A stretch of DNA of 64,000 nucleotides from an uncultured cyanobacterium (GTDB lineage Bacteria > Cyanobacteriota > Cyanobacteriia > Cyanobacteriales > Cyanobacteriaceae): positions 64,001 through 128,000 of the forward strand of contig CAVQBA010000007.1 in assembly GCA_963710605.1 (NCBI GenBank). Direction: 5' to 3'. The translations under genes and the position numbers were made by a program. This document shows positions 1-13,315 of this stretch, piece after piece; the first letter of the stretch is position 1; the number at the start of each line of letters is the position of its first letter. The notes beneath the pieces are model-generated. The model ran no database searches. It was not told where the DNA came from and worked only from the letters and a program-made list of their open reading frames with translations.

Positions 1-2
1 CT

Positions 3-923
3 AAAGGGCGACAGTTGGTTGAGGGGGCAACTAGTTTAGAAGATATTTTACTGGCACAAGAAGAGTTACAAAAAGCTCAAGAATATTTAGACGGTATTCC
101 TTTTATGCCTTTAGCTGAATTAAACGAAAAGGGTTATAGATATAGTTCTGGTCGATTGCATCTTAGTTTTTCTCATTTTGATTTACAACGTTTAAGAGCT
201 GATGTTGGTGAATTAGACGCTAAAATTTTTCAAGAAAATAATGCTCATGCTTTATTAAATCAAGCACAATTAGCGATTGAAACTGCTGAGAAGAAGTATC
301 AACAAAGTAGCACTGAAGCAGAAAAACAAACTGCTATTAAAGGTTGGAAAAATGCAATGAACGAGTTAAGAAAAGTTCCACCCTCAACTTTAGCCAGTCA
401 AAATGCACAAAATCAATATACTCTCGCTCAAGAAAAATTTGCTGGTGAATTAGGTGATTTATTTGTTGATGAACAATTACAAACTTATATTACTATAGCT
501 GAAGAATTTGCTAATCAAGCAATAATTTTAGCTGATAATCCTCCTCATAGTAATGCTAAATGGCAAGAAGTAGAAAAGTTTTGGCAAATGTCGATTGATG
601 AATTAAATTCTGTACCTAAAGACAATTTATTAGCATATCAAAAAAGTAGGCAATTAGCGGCACAATACAAAGCGAATTTAGCTCAGATTCGATTAAAAAA
701 AGACGCTCAAGCAAATTCAGCGATTGCTTTTAACTCCGCTCAACAAAAAATAGCTAATTTGCAACAACAGAATAAATCTAATAGTTCAAACGTTGAACAA
801 ACAATATCGCAACTACAAGATATTATTAATGAACTAAATAAAGTAGAATCAGGAACTAGTTTCTATCAAGAAAGTCAAGATTTAAAATCATTTGCTAATC
901 AGAAAATAGCTCAATTACGATAA
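3..923 (+). CDS. Hypothetical alpha-helical protein, probably 5'-truncated by the window edge
   Basis: Frame is open from position 3 to the TAA at 923; Q/A/E/K-rich helical repeats; no motif recognised. Confidence 0.7.
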   Translation, partial: KGRQLVEGATSLEDILLAQEELQKAQEYLDGIPFMPLAELNEKGYRYSSGRLHLSFSHFDLQRLRADVGELDAKIFQENNAHALLNQAQLAIETAEKKYQQSSTEAEKQTAIKGWKNAMNELRKVPPSTLASQNAQNQYTLAQEKFAGELGDLFVDEQLQTYITIAEEFANQAIILADNPPHSNAKWQEVEKFWQMSIDELNSVPKDNLLAYQKSRQLAAQYKANLAQIRLKKDAQANSAIAFNSAQQKIANLQQQNKSNSSNVEQTISQLQDIINELNKVESGTSFYQESQDLKSFANQKIAQLR

Positions 924-1145
924 TAACGATTGTGATAAATAATAATGCTTGTTCTTAATTATTTATCACGATCATTTTTAACCCTCAATTATTTAATTGG
1001 GGCTTATTTTTTTTGGCTACTAAGTTCAAACAATTGTCAATGGTTTAAACCATATATTAAGATTCGGTAACACAAGTTGTCGTTTATTTAGCAAAAAAGT
1101 AATAATTGATACAGAAAGCGAAATAAATTAAGAGTATTAACAAAG

Positions 1146-1331
1146 ATGAAATTACATTTTCACGGTGCAGATTACGATCGTCAATCTTTAGGTATTGAGG
1201 CAGAAGACAAACAACTCACTGGTAAATATAGAGGATTAAACGTCACAATTCATCAACATACAGTCAAACAACGTAATTCTCAATCAAACAAAGAAATGAC
1301 TTATCGTGGTGTTAGTTATAGCCGTAAATAA
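1146..1331 (+). CDS. DUF4278-like small cyanobacterial protein
   Basis: MKL.F.G..Y start, GKYRG and terminal TYRGVSY motifs. Confidence 0.75.
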   Translation: MKLHFHGADYDRQSLGIEAEDKQLTGKYRGLNVTIHQHTVKQRNSQSNKEMTYRGVSYSRK

Positions 1332-1498
1332 GCTGATTAATCGATTTGAATTGTTAAACAGCAAAGATTTCTCAACCTCTCAATTAATAAAAAAGAAAAA
1401 CACTACCTAGATTCAAAAAGCGATACTTAAGAGTATCGAGGTAATGTTTAATTTAGATACAGATTTAATCAAATTTCCTAGCAGACGAGGTGACATAG

Positions 1499-1717
1499 AT
1501 GGTAACAAAATATCAAAACATTATTCGATCGACTAGTGATAGATTAGAAATGAAAGAAGAAGATATTCTTGGATTAGTTAGTAATAAACAACTCGTAAAA
1601 AAAGATATGCTTCCTCGACATCTCACTTCACCGTTATTTAAAAAACCTCGTCAATTTTTAAGCCTCAATTCTTGTCATGTTCATTGTTTGAAGTGTGAAG
1701 CGATAACTGTTATGTAG
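1499..1717 (+). CDS. Small hypothetical protein
   Basis: GAGGTG ribosome-binding site upstream; followed by a terminator. Confidence 0.5.
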   Translation: MVTKYQNIIRSTSDRLEMKEEDILGLVSNKQLVKKDMLPRHLTSPLFKKPRQFLSLNSCHVHCLKCEAITVM

Positions 1718-1747
1718 CTAATAGTTTAGTGATAAAAATATAAATTT

Positions 1748-1786
1748 AAAAGTAGAGATAAGGTATGCTTTGTCTCTACTTTTTTT
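1748..1786 (+). terminator. Intrinsic terminator, probably bidirectional
   Basis: AAAAGTAGAGA...TCTCTACTTTTTTT hairpin with T tail, between convergent genes. Confidence 0.7.
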
Positions 1787-1955
1787 ATAAATAATATAGC
1801 AACCTTTCAGGTAAATTAAGAGATTTATTTGTTTAAACCTCGCCTAACCCCTCCTTTATATAGAAGGGGAACTTTTTTTTTATCTTAAATAACAGCAAAA
1901 ACCTTTACTGCTACACCTCCTCATTAGCTTGTAATAATAAGGTGTCAAAGTTAAA

Positions 1956-4578
<2,623 letters not shown>

Positions 4579-5243
4579 TTTACTTTCTACTATAGTTAAT
4601 TAATATATAAAAATCGATCGTTATCAATAAAATATCAAATATCTACTGATTACGAGAATGAGTCTTAATGTTCGCAAAAAAATAGCATTATTAAAAACTA
4701 AGGAAGATAGCCAATCATAACCGGTGATGAATTCTTATTTGAAGCAATTATTCAGTGAGAATTTATGCACTCGCTTGTCAAAGTATTGAGAAAATTGCAG
4801 TCATCATATTTTTCGAGATAGTCTTAATCAGCTTGATAGTTTTGTTTTGTTTTTATCTACTCCTTTTTAAAATAAATATCTATTTTTTGTCACAACAAAA
4901 AGACTCTTATTTTAGTTTTGGTTACGAAGTATTCATCTTTTGACTACAACAGTTTGCTTAGATGTTTAGTTAAATAGCTCGATCGCTTCTTTACTTTATG
5001 AGTGTCTTTTTAATAAATGTTTTTGAGCTTCGTAAACTATATCTATTATAATTTTTAACCACCACAATCAAACGTGTGGAATTCCCTACATAAAGCAATG
5101 GAGAATCGTTGGATGTGAGAATCGTTCAGAGTGCGAGAATGAAGAATATTTAATTGTCAATTGTTAACTATCAACTATTGACATTGTCAATTATAATGAA
5201 GACAGACTGAAGTGACTATAAGACTTTGTTTAAAGTATTAATC

Positions 5244-5783
5244 ATGACTAACAATAATTTACACTATCCTATTTTTGGTTCAGAAATTAATTGTCCTCAT
5301 TGTCGCCAAACTATAGAAGCATTAACTTTAACCGATAGTTATTTATGTGATCGTCATGGTGCGTTTGAAGCTAACCCTCATTCCTTAGTATTAGTCCATT
5401 TACAATCGGGAAGACAATGGCGTAGATGGGAAGAGAAATGGTATCGTCAACATACTCATCCTGATGGTATTCGTTTTGAAATTCACGAAGCACTCGATCG
5501 ACTTTACACCGAAGGTTATCGGGCGACTAAAATTATTATTGCTTCTCGGTATTATAATCTGATTAGCTCTTATCTAGAAAAGGGTAACAATTGGCAAACA
5601 GATTCAGATAGTAGATTATATAAGTTATATGGCTTACCTGTAGAATTTAGCGATCAATTTACCAATGAAGAAGAAGAAGAAAACCAAAAGGAAGAAAACT
5701 CTCGTTGGGATGTTATTAATTTTAGTCTAGAAAAAGAAAAAGGTTCTCCTTCTCGTTATCCTTATTTCCGTTTATTTGAATAA
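5244..5783 (+). CDS. Conserved cyanobacterial protein (TIGR02652-like)
   Basis: YPIFGSEINCPHCRQ...LTLTDSYLCDRHGAFEA, HTHPDGIRFEIHEALDRL; ATG at 5244. Confidence 0.8.
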   Translation: MTNNNLHYPIFGSEINCPHCRQTIEALTLTDSYLCDRHGAFEANPHSLVLVHLQSGRQWRRWEEKWYRQHTHPDGIRFEIHEALDRLYTEGYRATKIIIASRYYNLISSYLEKGNNWQTDSDSRLYKLYGLPVEFSDQFTNEEEEENQKEENSRWDVINFSLEKEKGSPSRYPYFRLFE

Positions 5784-5852
5784 CTAGATAACAATTAACA
5801 ATTAACAATTAACACTTTATAACGAATAGTGAACAATTAATACTTGTTACTT

Positions 5853-5963
5853 ATTCCCTATTCCCTATTCCCTATTCCCTATTCCCCATTCCCCATTCCC
5901 TATTCCCCATTCCCTATTCCCCATTCCCCATTCCCTATTCCCTATTCCTTACTCCTTACTCCT
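5853..5963. repeat. Heptamer tandem repeat (STRR), ATTCCC(C/T) grading into TTACTCC
   Basis: Read directly; about 15 units. Confidence 0.95.
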
Positions 5964-5966
5964 TTA

Positions 5967-6404
5967 ATGTTGTTGCATCATATCTCAATTCGGACGGCTG
6001 ATATTTTTAAAGCGATCGCTTTTTATGAATTATTAGGTTTTGAAGTCAAAGAAAGATTCACCACAGGTTATACTTTAGCTTGTTGGTTAGAAGGATTAGG
6101 CGGTAGATTAGAATTGATGCAAATACCTGAGCCATCACCAGCAGTAGATGCTTTCAACGATGAACATTATGTCGGTTACTATCATCTTTCTTTTGATATC
6201 ACCTCAGAAAATATTGATTTACCAACATGGTTGGATAAACTCAAAACAGATTTTCAACAAGCGAGTGAAAAAAATCCACAACAGTTTTCACCGTTAAATA
6301 TTTTATTACCACCACAACAACAAATGATTGAAGACAAAATATTTGAAGTAGCTTTTATCAGCGATACAGATAATTTACCATTAGAAATAATACGTCGTAT
6401 TTAA
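5967..6404 (+). CDS. VOC/glyoxalase family protein
   Basis: LHHISIRTADI...AFYELLGF, YHLSFD, terminal LEII; true start is ATG 5967, downstream of the STRR. Confidence 0.85.
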   Translation: MLLHHISIRTADIFKAIAFYELLGFEVKERFTTGYTLACWLEGLGGRLELMQIPEPSPAVDAFNDEHYVGYYHLSFDITSENIDLPTWLDKLKTDFQQASEKNPQQFSPLNILLPPQQQMIEDKIFEVAFISDTDNLPLEIIRRI

Positions 6405-6874
6405 TTAATTGTTTTGAATCTTTTTTAAAAAAAGGAGAAAGTTTAGTTTTTATTTTTACCTATCGTTTATCGCCCATAAATTTTACTCCCCTACTACCAT
6501 GATTGTAGGTTGCACCACTCCACTTATCTACAACTAGGTTGCCCGACAATACGACTTGAGATGAGAGCCAATTTCTTGCTTTTTGTAAGTCCGGGGATGC
6601 TTAAAAAAGAGCTGATCATTTTTAATAAATTCAGCCAAAGCACTACTAAAATTTTTGATCTCTTGATTCTTCTGTTAATCTATTATATCGATCGGCTACC
6701 TAATTAAAAACAAAGATAAGCTTGTTAGTATTTTTGCTTAAATAATTTAAGAAATGATTAAAAATATTATTCTACTTTAGATTAAAACGATCGTATCTGA
6801 CCAAAATATAAGCTCAAATCAAATCGTCTCATGAAACTTGAGCTATTAATTACATCAATTGATAAATAAATCAT

Positions 6875-7171
6875 CTAAAGAGTCGCCAAATCGGTTTGAA
6901 ATTTAGATAAATACTTTTCAATCAAATGAAATTGTTTTGCATTCAACTGATAGTAAATCCATCTACCGTCTTGTCTAGTCTGAACAAACTCAGCTTCTTT
7001 AAGAATTTTTAAATGGAAAGATAATTTGGGTTGTTTTAGATTCAAACTTTTGCATAAATCGCTAACACACATTTCATTACTAGTTAATTTTTCAATTACT
7101 TTTAAGCGAATAGGATCAGATAAGGCATGAAAATAGACAGAAAGTGACTCTATATTAGATGACGAAGACAT
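6875..7171 (-). CDS. ArsR/SmtB family transcriptional regulator
   Basis: FHALSDPIRL, EMCVSDL, LSFHLKILKEA, GRWIYY. Confidence 0.92.
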   Translation of the reverse strand: MSSSSNIESLSVYFHALSDPIRLKVIEKLTSNEMCVSDLCKSLNLKQPKLSFHLKILKEAEFVQTRQDGRWIYYQLNAKQFHLIEKYLSKFQTDLATL

Positions 7172-7468
7172 TGTATATATACCTACGAATTTATACGGGC
7201 ATAAAATTTATTCTAAAGCTTTATACTCAATTTGCAACATATTTATGATTCAGATTAAATAAATTTTAAATAAATTTTAGATAAAGTAATTATAATCTTT
7301 AAGTAATAATACCAGAAGTAGTTAATTTGCAAGATACTTAAGATCAACAGATAAAGGGTATATTAATCAAAAAGACAAAAAATAAACCAATATAACTATA
7401 TTTAAGTTTAATTAAGATTTGTTAAACTAAAGAAAAGATAAATTCGATTAAAATCAGATTAAGCCGAT

Positions 7469-8877
7469 ATGACCGCTACACAATCTTCTTTGGACTTAAA
7501 ACAACAAAATAGTACTAATACTCTTCCTGTAGGTGGTCTAGACCCCGAAAATTTTGATTATAAGGAAGTATGGTATCCTCTTTTTTTATCAGTGATTTAG
7601 CTAAAGACAAACCTACTTCTTTTACTTTATTAGACGAAGATTTAGTTATTTGGTGGGATAAAGCCGACGAACAATGGCGAGTATTTACCGATATGTGTCC
7701 TCATCGTTTAGCACCTTTAAGCACAGGTAGAGTTAACGAAGATGGTTTATTAGAATGTGCTTATCACGGTTGGACATTCTCAGGAAACGGTAATTGTGAG
7801 TTTATCCCTCAACAACTAGAAGGAAAAAGTCGAGAAAAATCCGATCGTGCTTGTGTCAAATCTTATCCGACAACGATCGTTCACGATATGTTATTTGTTT
7901 ATGCAGGTAAACCAGAAAATGCACCTTTAGTTTCTGTACCCATCACTCAACCCTTGACGGAAAATAAGGACAAATGGGTTGTGATGAAGACATTTAGAGA
8001 TATACCTTATGATGCTTTAACTTTGTTAGAAAATGTTTTGGATGCTAGTCATGTGTCTTATACCCATCATGGCACAGTGGGTAATCGTTCTAATGCCGCT
8101 CCTGTAGAGTTAGAGGTAACTAGTCGTAATCGCCAAGGTTTTACTGGTTTTTGGGAAGAAGGACCCCGTAAAGGTACACTTGGTAGTCAGACAACTACTT
8201 TTATTGCTCCAAATTTGATGTGGCATGATTTGGAATCAGAAAAAATAGGACGGACAATGACGGTTGTTTATGTTACTCCGATTAGTAAAGGTAAATGCCG
8301 TCTTTTTGCTTTATTTCCGTTTCAGTTTGCTTCAAAAGTACCTCAATTATTTATTAAACTAACTCCTCAATGGTATTCTCATTTAAACCAAAATACTATT
8401 TTAGAAGATGATCAAATCTTTTTACATTATCAAGAGCGTTATTTAGAAAAATTAGGTGGTAGTGCCAAATTTAATCAGGCTTATTATTTACCAACAAAAT
8501 CAGATTTATTTGTCAGTGAATTACGTAAATGGATGAATAAATATAATGCTGAAATTTTTACTGAGCAGACTTTTCCTGAAACTCCGACTCACGATCGTTT
8601 AATGGAAAGATATTATTCTCATACTCAACAATGTCATAGTTGTAGTAATGCTTTAAAAAATATCAATAAGATTCGTTTAGTTTTACTTATTATAACAAGC
8701 GTATTATGGTCGATTATGCCTGTAATTAGTCTATATGTAAATAGTTTACCAACAGTAATTGTGCCGATCGTTTCTGGTGTTAGTTTGATTAATGTTGCCC
8801 TGTATTTATATTTAGGAAAACTCAAAAATAGATTTTATCAAGGTGTGGAAGTGCCTTCTAGGAATATAGCGAAATAA
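7469..8877 (+). CDS. Rieske 2Fe-2S oxygenase (PaO/Tic55-like), frameshifted in a T run at 7581-7587
   Basis: CPHRLAPLS...CAYHGW Rieske motif, ENVLDASHVSYTH, CxxC; the upstream frame from ATG 7469 gives ...FDYKEVWYPL and joins if one T is added. Confidence 0.88.
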
Positions 8878-9014
8878 TTGATAATTGATAATTAAAAATA
8901 CTTTTTAACTGTTAACTTTTAACTCTTAACTCTTAACTCAATAAAACTTATCATCGATCGTCATAATAACTTGATATTAAGATTAGTATAAGAAAACTTA
9001 GCAATCAAGGTATC

Positions 9015-10511
9015 ATGGAAAAGTATATATTAGCGATCGATCAAGGAACAACAAGTTCTAGAGCGTTATTATTTGCAAACAATGGTAATATAATTTCCAG
9101 CTCTCAATTAGAATTTACTCAATATTATCCTAACCCGGGGGAAGTAGAACATAACCCGATCGAGATTTGGGAATCAGTTGTCACTGTAGTCGAAAAACTT
9201 TGTCGCCAAACTCAAATAGATAAAAAACAAATTGCGGGTATCGGTATTACCAATCAACGAGAAACTACTGTAGTTTGGAATAAAGAAACAAGCGAACCAA
9301 TCTATAATGCGATCGTTTGGCAAGACAGACGTACAGCAAGTAAAATAGATGAATTAAAAGCCAGAGGTTTGCAAGCAGAAGTCAAAGAAAGATCGGGTTT
9401 GTTTTTAGATGCCTATTTTTCAGCTAGTAAAATAGAATGGATTTTAGATCATGTTGAAGGGGCAAGAGACTTAGCCAATCAAGATAAACTCGCTTTTGGC
9501 ACGATCGATACATGGCTAGTGTGGAAATTAACGGGGGGTAAAACTCATGTCACCGATGTTAGTAATGCTTGTCGTACCTTATTATTAAACGTGAATAAAG
9601 TACAATGGGATCCATTATTGTTAGAAATATTTAATATCCCTACCTCATTGTTACCCGAATTATGCGATAACAGCGGTATCATAGCTCATACAGATAAAGA
9701 AATATTCGGCATTGAAATACCCATTTCAGGTATGGCAGGAGATCAACAAGCCGCCACCTTTGGGCATACAGGTTTTCACCCCGGGATAGCTAAAAACACT
9801 TATGGTACAGGTTGCTTTTTAATTTCGCCTACAGGTAACAAAGTTGTCCATTCGGAAAATAGTTTGTTATCAACTATCGGTTGGCGTTTTAACGACCAAA
9901 TAACCTATGTCTTAGAAGGCAGTATCTTAGCCAGTGGTTCGGCTATTACATGGCTTAGAGATGGTTTAGGAATGATCAATAGTGCTGATGAAGTTAATGA
10001 ATTAGCTAATAGCGTCGATGATAGTAATGATGTTTATTTTGTTCCCGCTTTAGCTGGATTAGGCTCACCTCATTGGGATCAATATGCTCGTGGTACGATC
10101 GTTGGTATAAGTCGTGCAACAACCAAAGCACATATAGCTAGAGCAACTTTAGAAGGAATTGCTTTTCAAGTTTATGATGTAGTTGAAAGTTTGAATAAAG
10201 AATGTGGTAAAAAATTAGAACTACTAAAAGTTGATGGTGGTGCGGCTAGAAGTGATTTTCTGTTACAATTCCAAGCCGATATTTTAGGTATTCAAGTAGA
10301 AAGACCAAAAGAAGTTGAATTAACTGCTAGAGGAGTTGCCTATTTTGCTGGTTTAGGAGTTGGTTTTTGGCGTGATTTAGAACAAATTCAAGCAATTGAA
10401 ACTCAAAGTACTATTTTTGAACCGAAGATTAAACCCTCTGAAGCTAAATCTTTATGTGATAGATGGCAAGATGCGTTGAATCGATCGTATCAATGGGCAA
10501 AACCTAGTTAG
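9015..10511 (+). CDS. glpK: Glycerol kinase
   Basis: AIDQGTTSSRA, GITNQRETT, WQDRRT, GDQQAA, KNTYGTGCF. Confidence 0.96.
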   Translation: MEKYILAIDQGTTSSRALLFANNGNIISSSQLEFTQYYPNPGEVEHNPIEIWESVVTVVEKLCRQTQIDKKQIAGIGITNQRETTVVWNKETSEPIYNAIVWQDRRTASKIDELKARGLQAEVKERSGLFLDAYFSASKIEWILDHVEGARDLANQDKLAFGTIDTWLVWKLTGGKTHVTDVSNACRTLLLNVNKVQWDPLLLEIFNIPTSLLPELCDNSGIIAHTDKEIFGIEIPISGMAGDQQAATFGHTGFHPGIAKNTYGTGCFLISPTGNKVVHSENSLLSTIGWRFNDQITYVLEGSILASGSAITWLRDGLGMINSADEVNELANSVDDSNDVYFVPALAGLGSPHWDQYARGTIVGISRATTKAHIARATLEGIAFQVYDVVESLNKECGKKLELLKVDGGAARSDFLLQFQADILGIQVERPKEVELTARGVAYFAGLGVGFWRDLEQIQAIETQSTIFEPKIKPSEAKSLCDRWQDALNRSYQWAKPS

Positions 10512-10600
10512 ATAATTGAAATATAAGCGTTTTAGTAACTATGGCAATTATTGGTGTCCTAATTATAAAAGTTTTATGACAAAAAACTTCATCGATCGTT

Positions 10601-11700
10601 CTAATCATAAGGCTTACAAGTATATGACGTAAATCGAGATAACGACTCCTCTCTGGTAATTTCATCAATTACAGGGGCGGAGTTGTTCACTAAAACGGTG
10701 ACGGTAGCTTCATTAGAAAGATTACCATCGTTATCTTCGCTATGTATAGGTAAATCGATCGATTCCCACAAACTCGCTATTAGGTTGATAGTCAACTATG
10801 CCTTGTTAATTAACTGTGATAACGCCGTTGTTAGGTTGGCTAGTTATTTGTAAGCTATTAGGTATTAATGTACCATCACGATCGGCTGAAGCCGGCGCTG
10901 CGCGATCGCTATCGTTAGCTAAGACATTAATAACTATATTTTCTCTTTGGTTTATGGAGATTAAATCTTTGAGGGCTAATGGAGCGGTGAGGGAGATTCC
11001 CCCCTCTCCTTCGGAAGGAGAGGGGCTGGGGGTGAGGTTGAAATTTAGAGAAGAATCCCCCCTAGCCCCCCTTTGTAAGGGGGGAACAACGATCTGGTCG
11101 TGGTTGTGAGTCTGAGGTATCAGGGTATGATAAGTGTCTGTTTTTGTATTTTGAATTGCGTTGAGTATTAAGACATTAATATCGGAAGGAAGTTTACGGA
11201 TACCAGGGGCGAGATGGGTATTTAATAAGTCATGGGGATGAGCTTGTTTGTCTAAATGTGAACCATCTACTGAGAGCAAGGCAGTAAAGTTATCGCCGAT
11301 AAAGGTACGTCTGCCATTTTTATAACGAACATTTTTATCAAATTCTGAATAACCACCCATGAAGCCATAAAGGTGAGCGGTTTCATGGAGGATAGTGGTA
11401 AGGAGATCGTATTTACCATAAGCTGGAGAATCTGGTGTAGTAGAAAATGCCCAATCTGTATTTGTGATGGAGTATTCTTCGTTAGCGAAGGGAGTAGAGT
11501 CGATAAACCAGCCTAAACCGTTGGCATTATGATCGATGGAAACTATACCAGCGTTTGGTTTGCCTTGGGAGTCGAAGCCTGTGATGGTAGCTTCTGCTAG
11601 TTGTCCAGTGGGTAAGTCTTTTATTTCATAGGTGATGTCGATGTTTGTTTGAGGTAGAAGAGTTGACCAGATATTATTTACGCTATTATTTAATTGGTTT
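10601..11700 (-). pseudogene. Fragment of a large secreted Ig-like/zinc-metalloprotease protein
   Basis: Frame extends upstream of ORF 10806-11360 (DLPTGQLAEATITGFD, DLLTTILHETAHLYGF with HExxH); INVLANDSD Ig-like repeat; no proper start; broken at the 3' end. Confidence 0.7.
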
Positions 11701-11720
11701 AATGTTTGGAAATTGGAATT

Positions 11721-12260
11721 ATGATTAAAATGACCATTAGAAGAATTGTTGAAAAGGTATGATACTGGAAAAAGAGATTTCAGAAGAATTAATTTTGATT
11801 ATTTCCAAAACTGGAAATTTCACAAACCTTAGAAAACTTATTTTGAGCGGAGTTGATTTGAGGTTCTCCTATTTTCATGGATTTGTTTTTTTCACCGAAG
11901 TTAACCTGAGTCAATGCCAATCTCAGAGGAATTGATTTGTCCGAATGTAATTTGAGAGGGCTAACTTCAGTGGGGCTGACTTGAGCTTTTCTGATTTGAG
12001 TTTTTCCGATTTGAGTTTTTCCAATTTGAGTGGGGCTAATTTGAGTGGTATATTCTTCAGAGATACTAGTTCTTTGGGAAGCCGACTTGAATAGGACTGA
12101 TTTGAGTGGAGCTTGGTTGCATAATACCCGTTTTTTGGAAAATAATTTGACTAGAACTAATTTTAGTCATGTAAGGGATCTTGATTGTTGTGATTTGTCT
12201 AGTTGTATTATTCGAACGAAACCATTATGTCTGATGGTATTATTCGTAATCAGTTGATGA
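11721..12260 (+). pseudogene. Degraded pentapeptide-repeat gene
   Basis: ANLRG/ADLS/SDLSF/ANLSG-type units scattered across frames with stops. Confidence 0.65.
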
Positions 12261-12399
12261 ATTAAAATTATTTACATTTTGATTAAAACTTGTATTTGCT
12301 AAAAGATTAGTGCGATCGAGATCTTGTAGGTATGAGCTGAGCCTAAAAACTTTAATTTATATTCGATACATAAAATGAAAGCGAAACCCAACACTACCC

Positions 12400-12690
12400 T
12401 CTATTAACAACCCTACCTCGACTCAAACTAATAAAATGTAATGGAGAATCAAACACAGTGTCGTAACCTAAAATTAAACCAACTTCTGAAGGAGTATCAT
12501 CGCCCGATGTATTTATTGTTAGATAAATTAGGTTCGACAAAATTATTAGTTAATCCTACCAAAATTTGACGATCGACTCCTGTAGTCAAAGTAATAGCAC
12601 TCGGATATACTTGTAAATCATAACTTTGAGCGATGGCTAAATATAAACTTTCCTCATCGGTAGTTAACGGTATATCACCAACTCGAATTG
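12400..12690 (-). pseudogene. Second fragment, probably of a large surface protein
   Basis: LYLAIAQSYDLQVYPSAITLTTGVDRQILVGL; lies next to the 10.6-11.7 kb fragment in the same orientation. Confidence 0.35.
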
Positions 12691-12847
12691 CTATCACAGC
12701 AGTAATAAATACTATCACTAGAGGCAGAAAGTATGATCTTACCATCGTTTAAAGCTGTAATCTTTCTATCGTCTATCGTAGCTACTAGGCAAATGCCATT
12801 ATCAGCTATTTAGTTTAGGTGAATCTATTTAATACAATCATAATCAA

Positions 12848-13177
12848 ATGCGTAAATTTCATATTGCACTATCTATCAAAAATCTTGAGCAATCTATTTT
12901 AGATTACAGCAAACGTCTAAATTGCTCTCCTTGCTTAGTAATTCCGAATGAATATGCTCTCTGGCGTACTGATGAACTTAACTTTTCAATTAGACAAACA
13001 GGTAAAACAGAAGAAAAATTACGTCACCTAGGTTGGGAAGATAATCAATTAACTGAAGAAGTTGGTGATGATGAAGACGTTAACGGTATTGTATGGGAAA
13101 ATTTCAGTGCTTCACAACAAGCTGAAGAAATAAATAATATTTGGTCAGATACTAACTATATCGTGATTGAAGATTAA
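12848..13177 (+). CDS. Small VOC-like hypothetical protein
   Basis: FHIALSIKNLEQSILDYS, LRHLGWE pattern. Confidence 0.7.
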   Translation: MRKFHIALSIKNLEQSILDYSKRLNCSPCLVIPNEYALWRTDELNFSIRQTGKTEEKLRHLGWEDNQLTEEVGDDEDVNGIVWENFSASQQAEEINNIWSDTNYIVIED

Positions 13178-13315
13178 TCGAGACTTACAAGTAAAATGAC
13201 TAAAGTCATTACTACAAACAATTAACAATTAGTCATAATTTTACTAAAAATCGATCGTCTCAGATGAAAGAAAATAATTGATAATTAATAATAAAGGATT
13301 AACGATTAAATACTA

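Noticed and set aside
1020-1145. Glutamine riboswitch upstream of the DUF4278-like gene
   Set aside because: Expected from family context, but I could not see the motif
4579-5243. CIRCE operator upstream of clpB (also checked upstream of hrcA)
   Set aside because: No TTAGCACTC-N9-GAGTGCTAA found
5844-5966. Pro-rich N-terminus (PYSPFPI repeats) on the VOC protein
   Set aside because: Translation of an intergenic heptamer repeat; true start is ATG 5967
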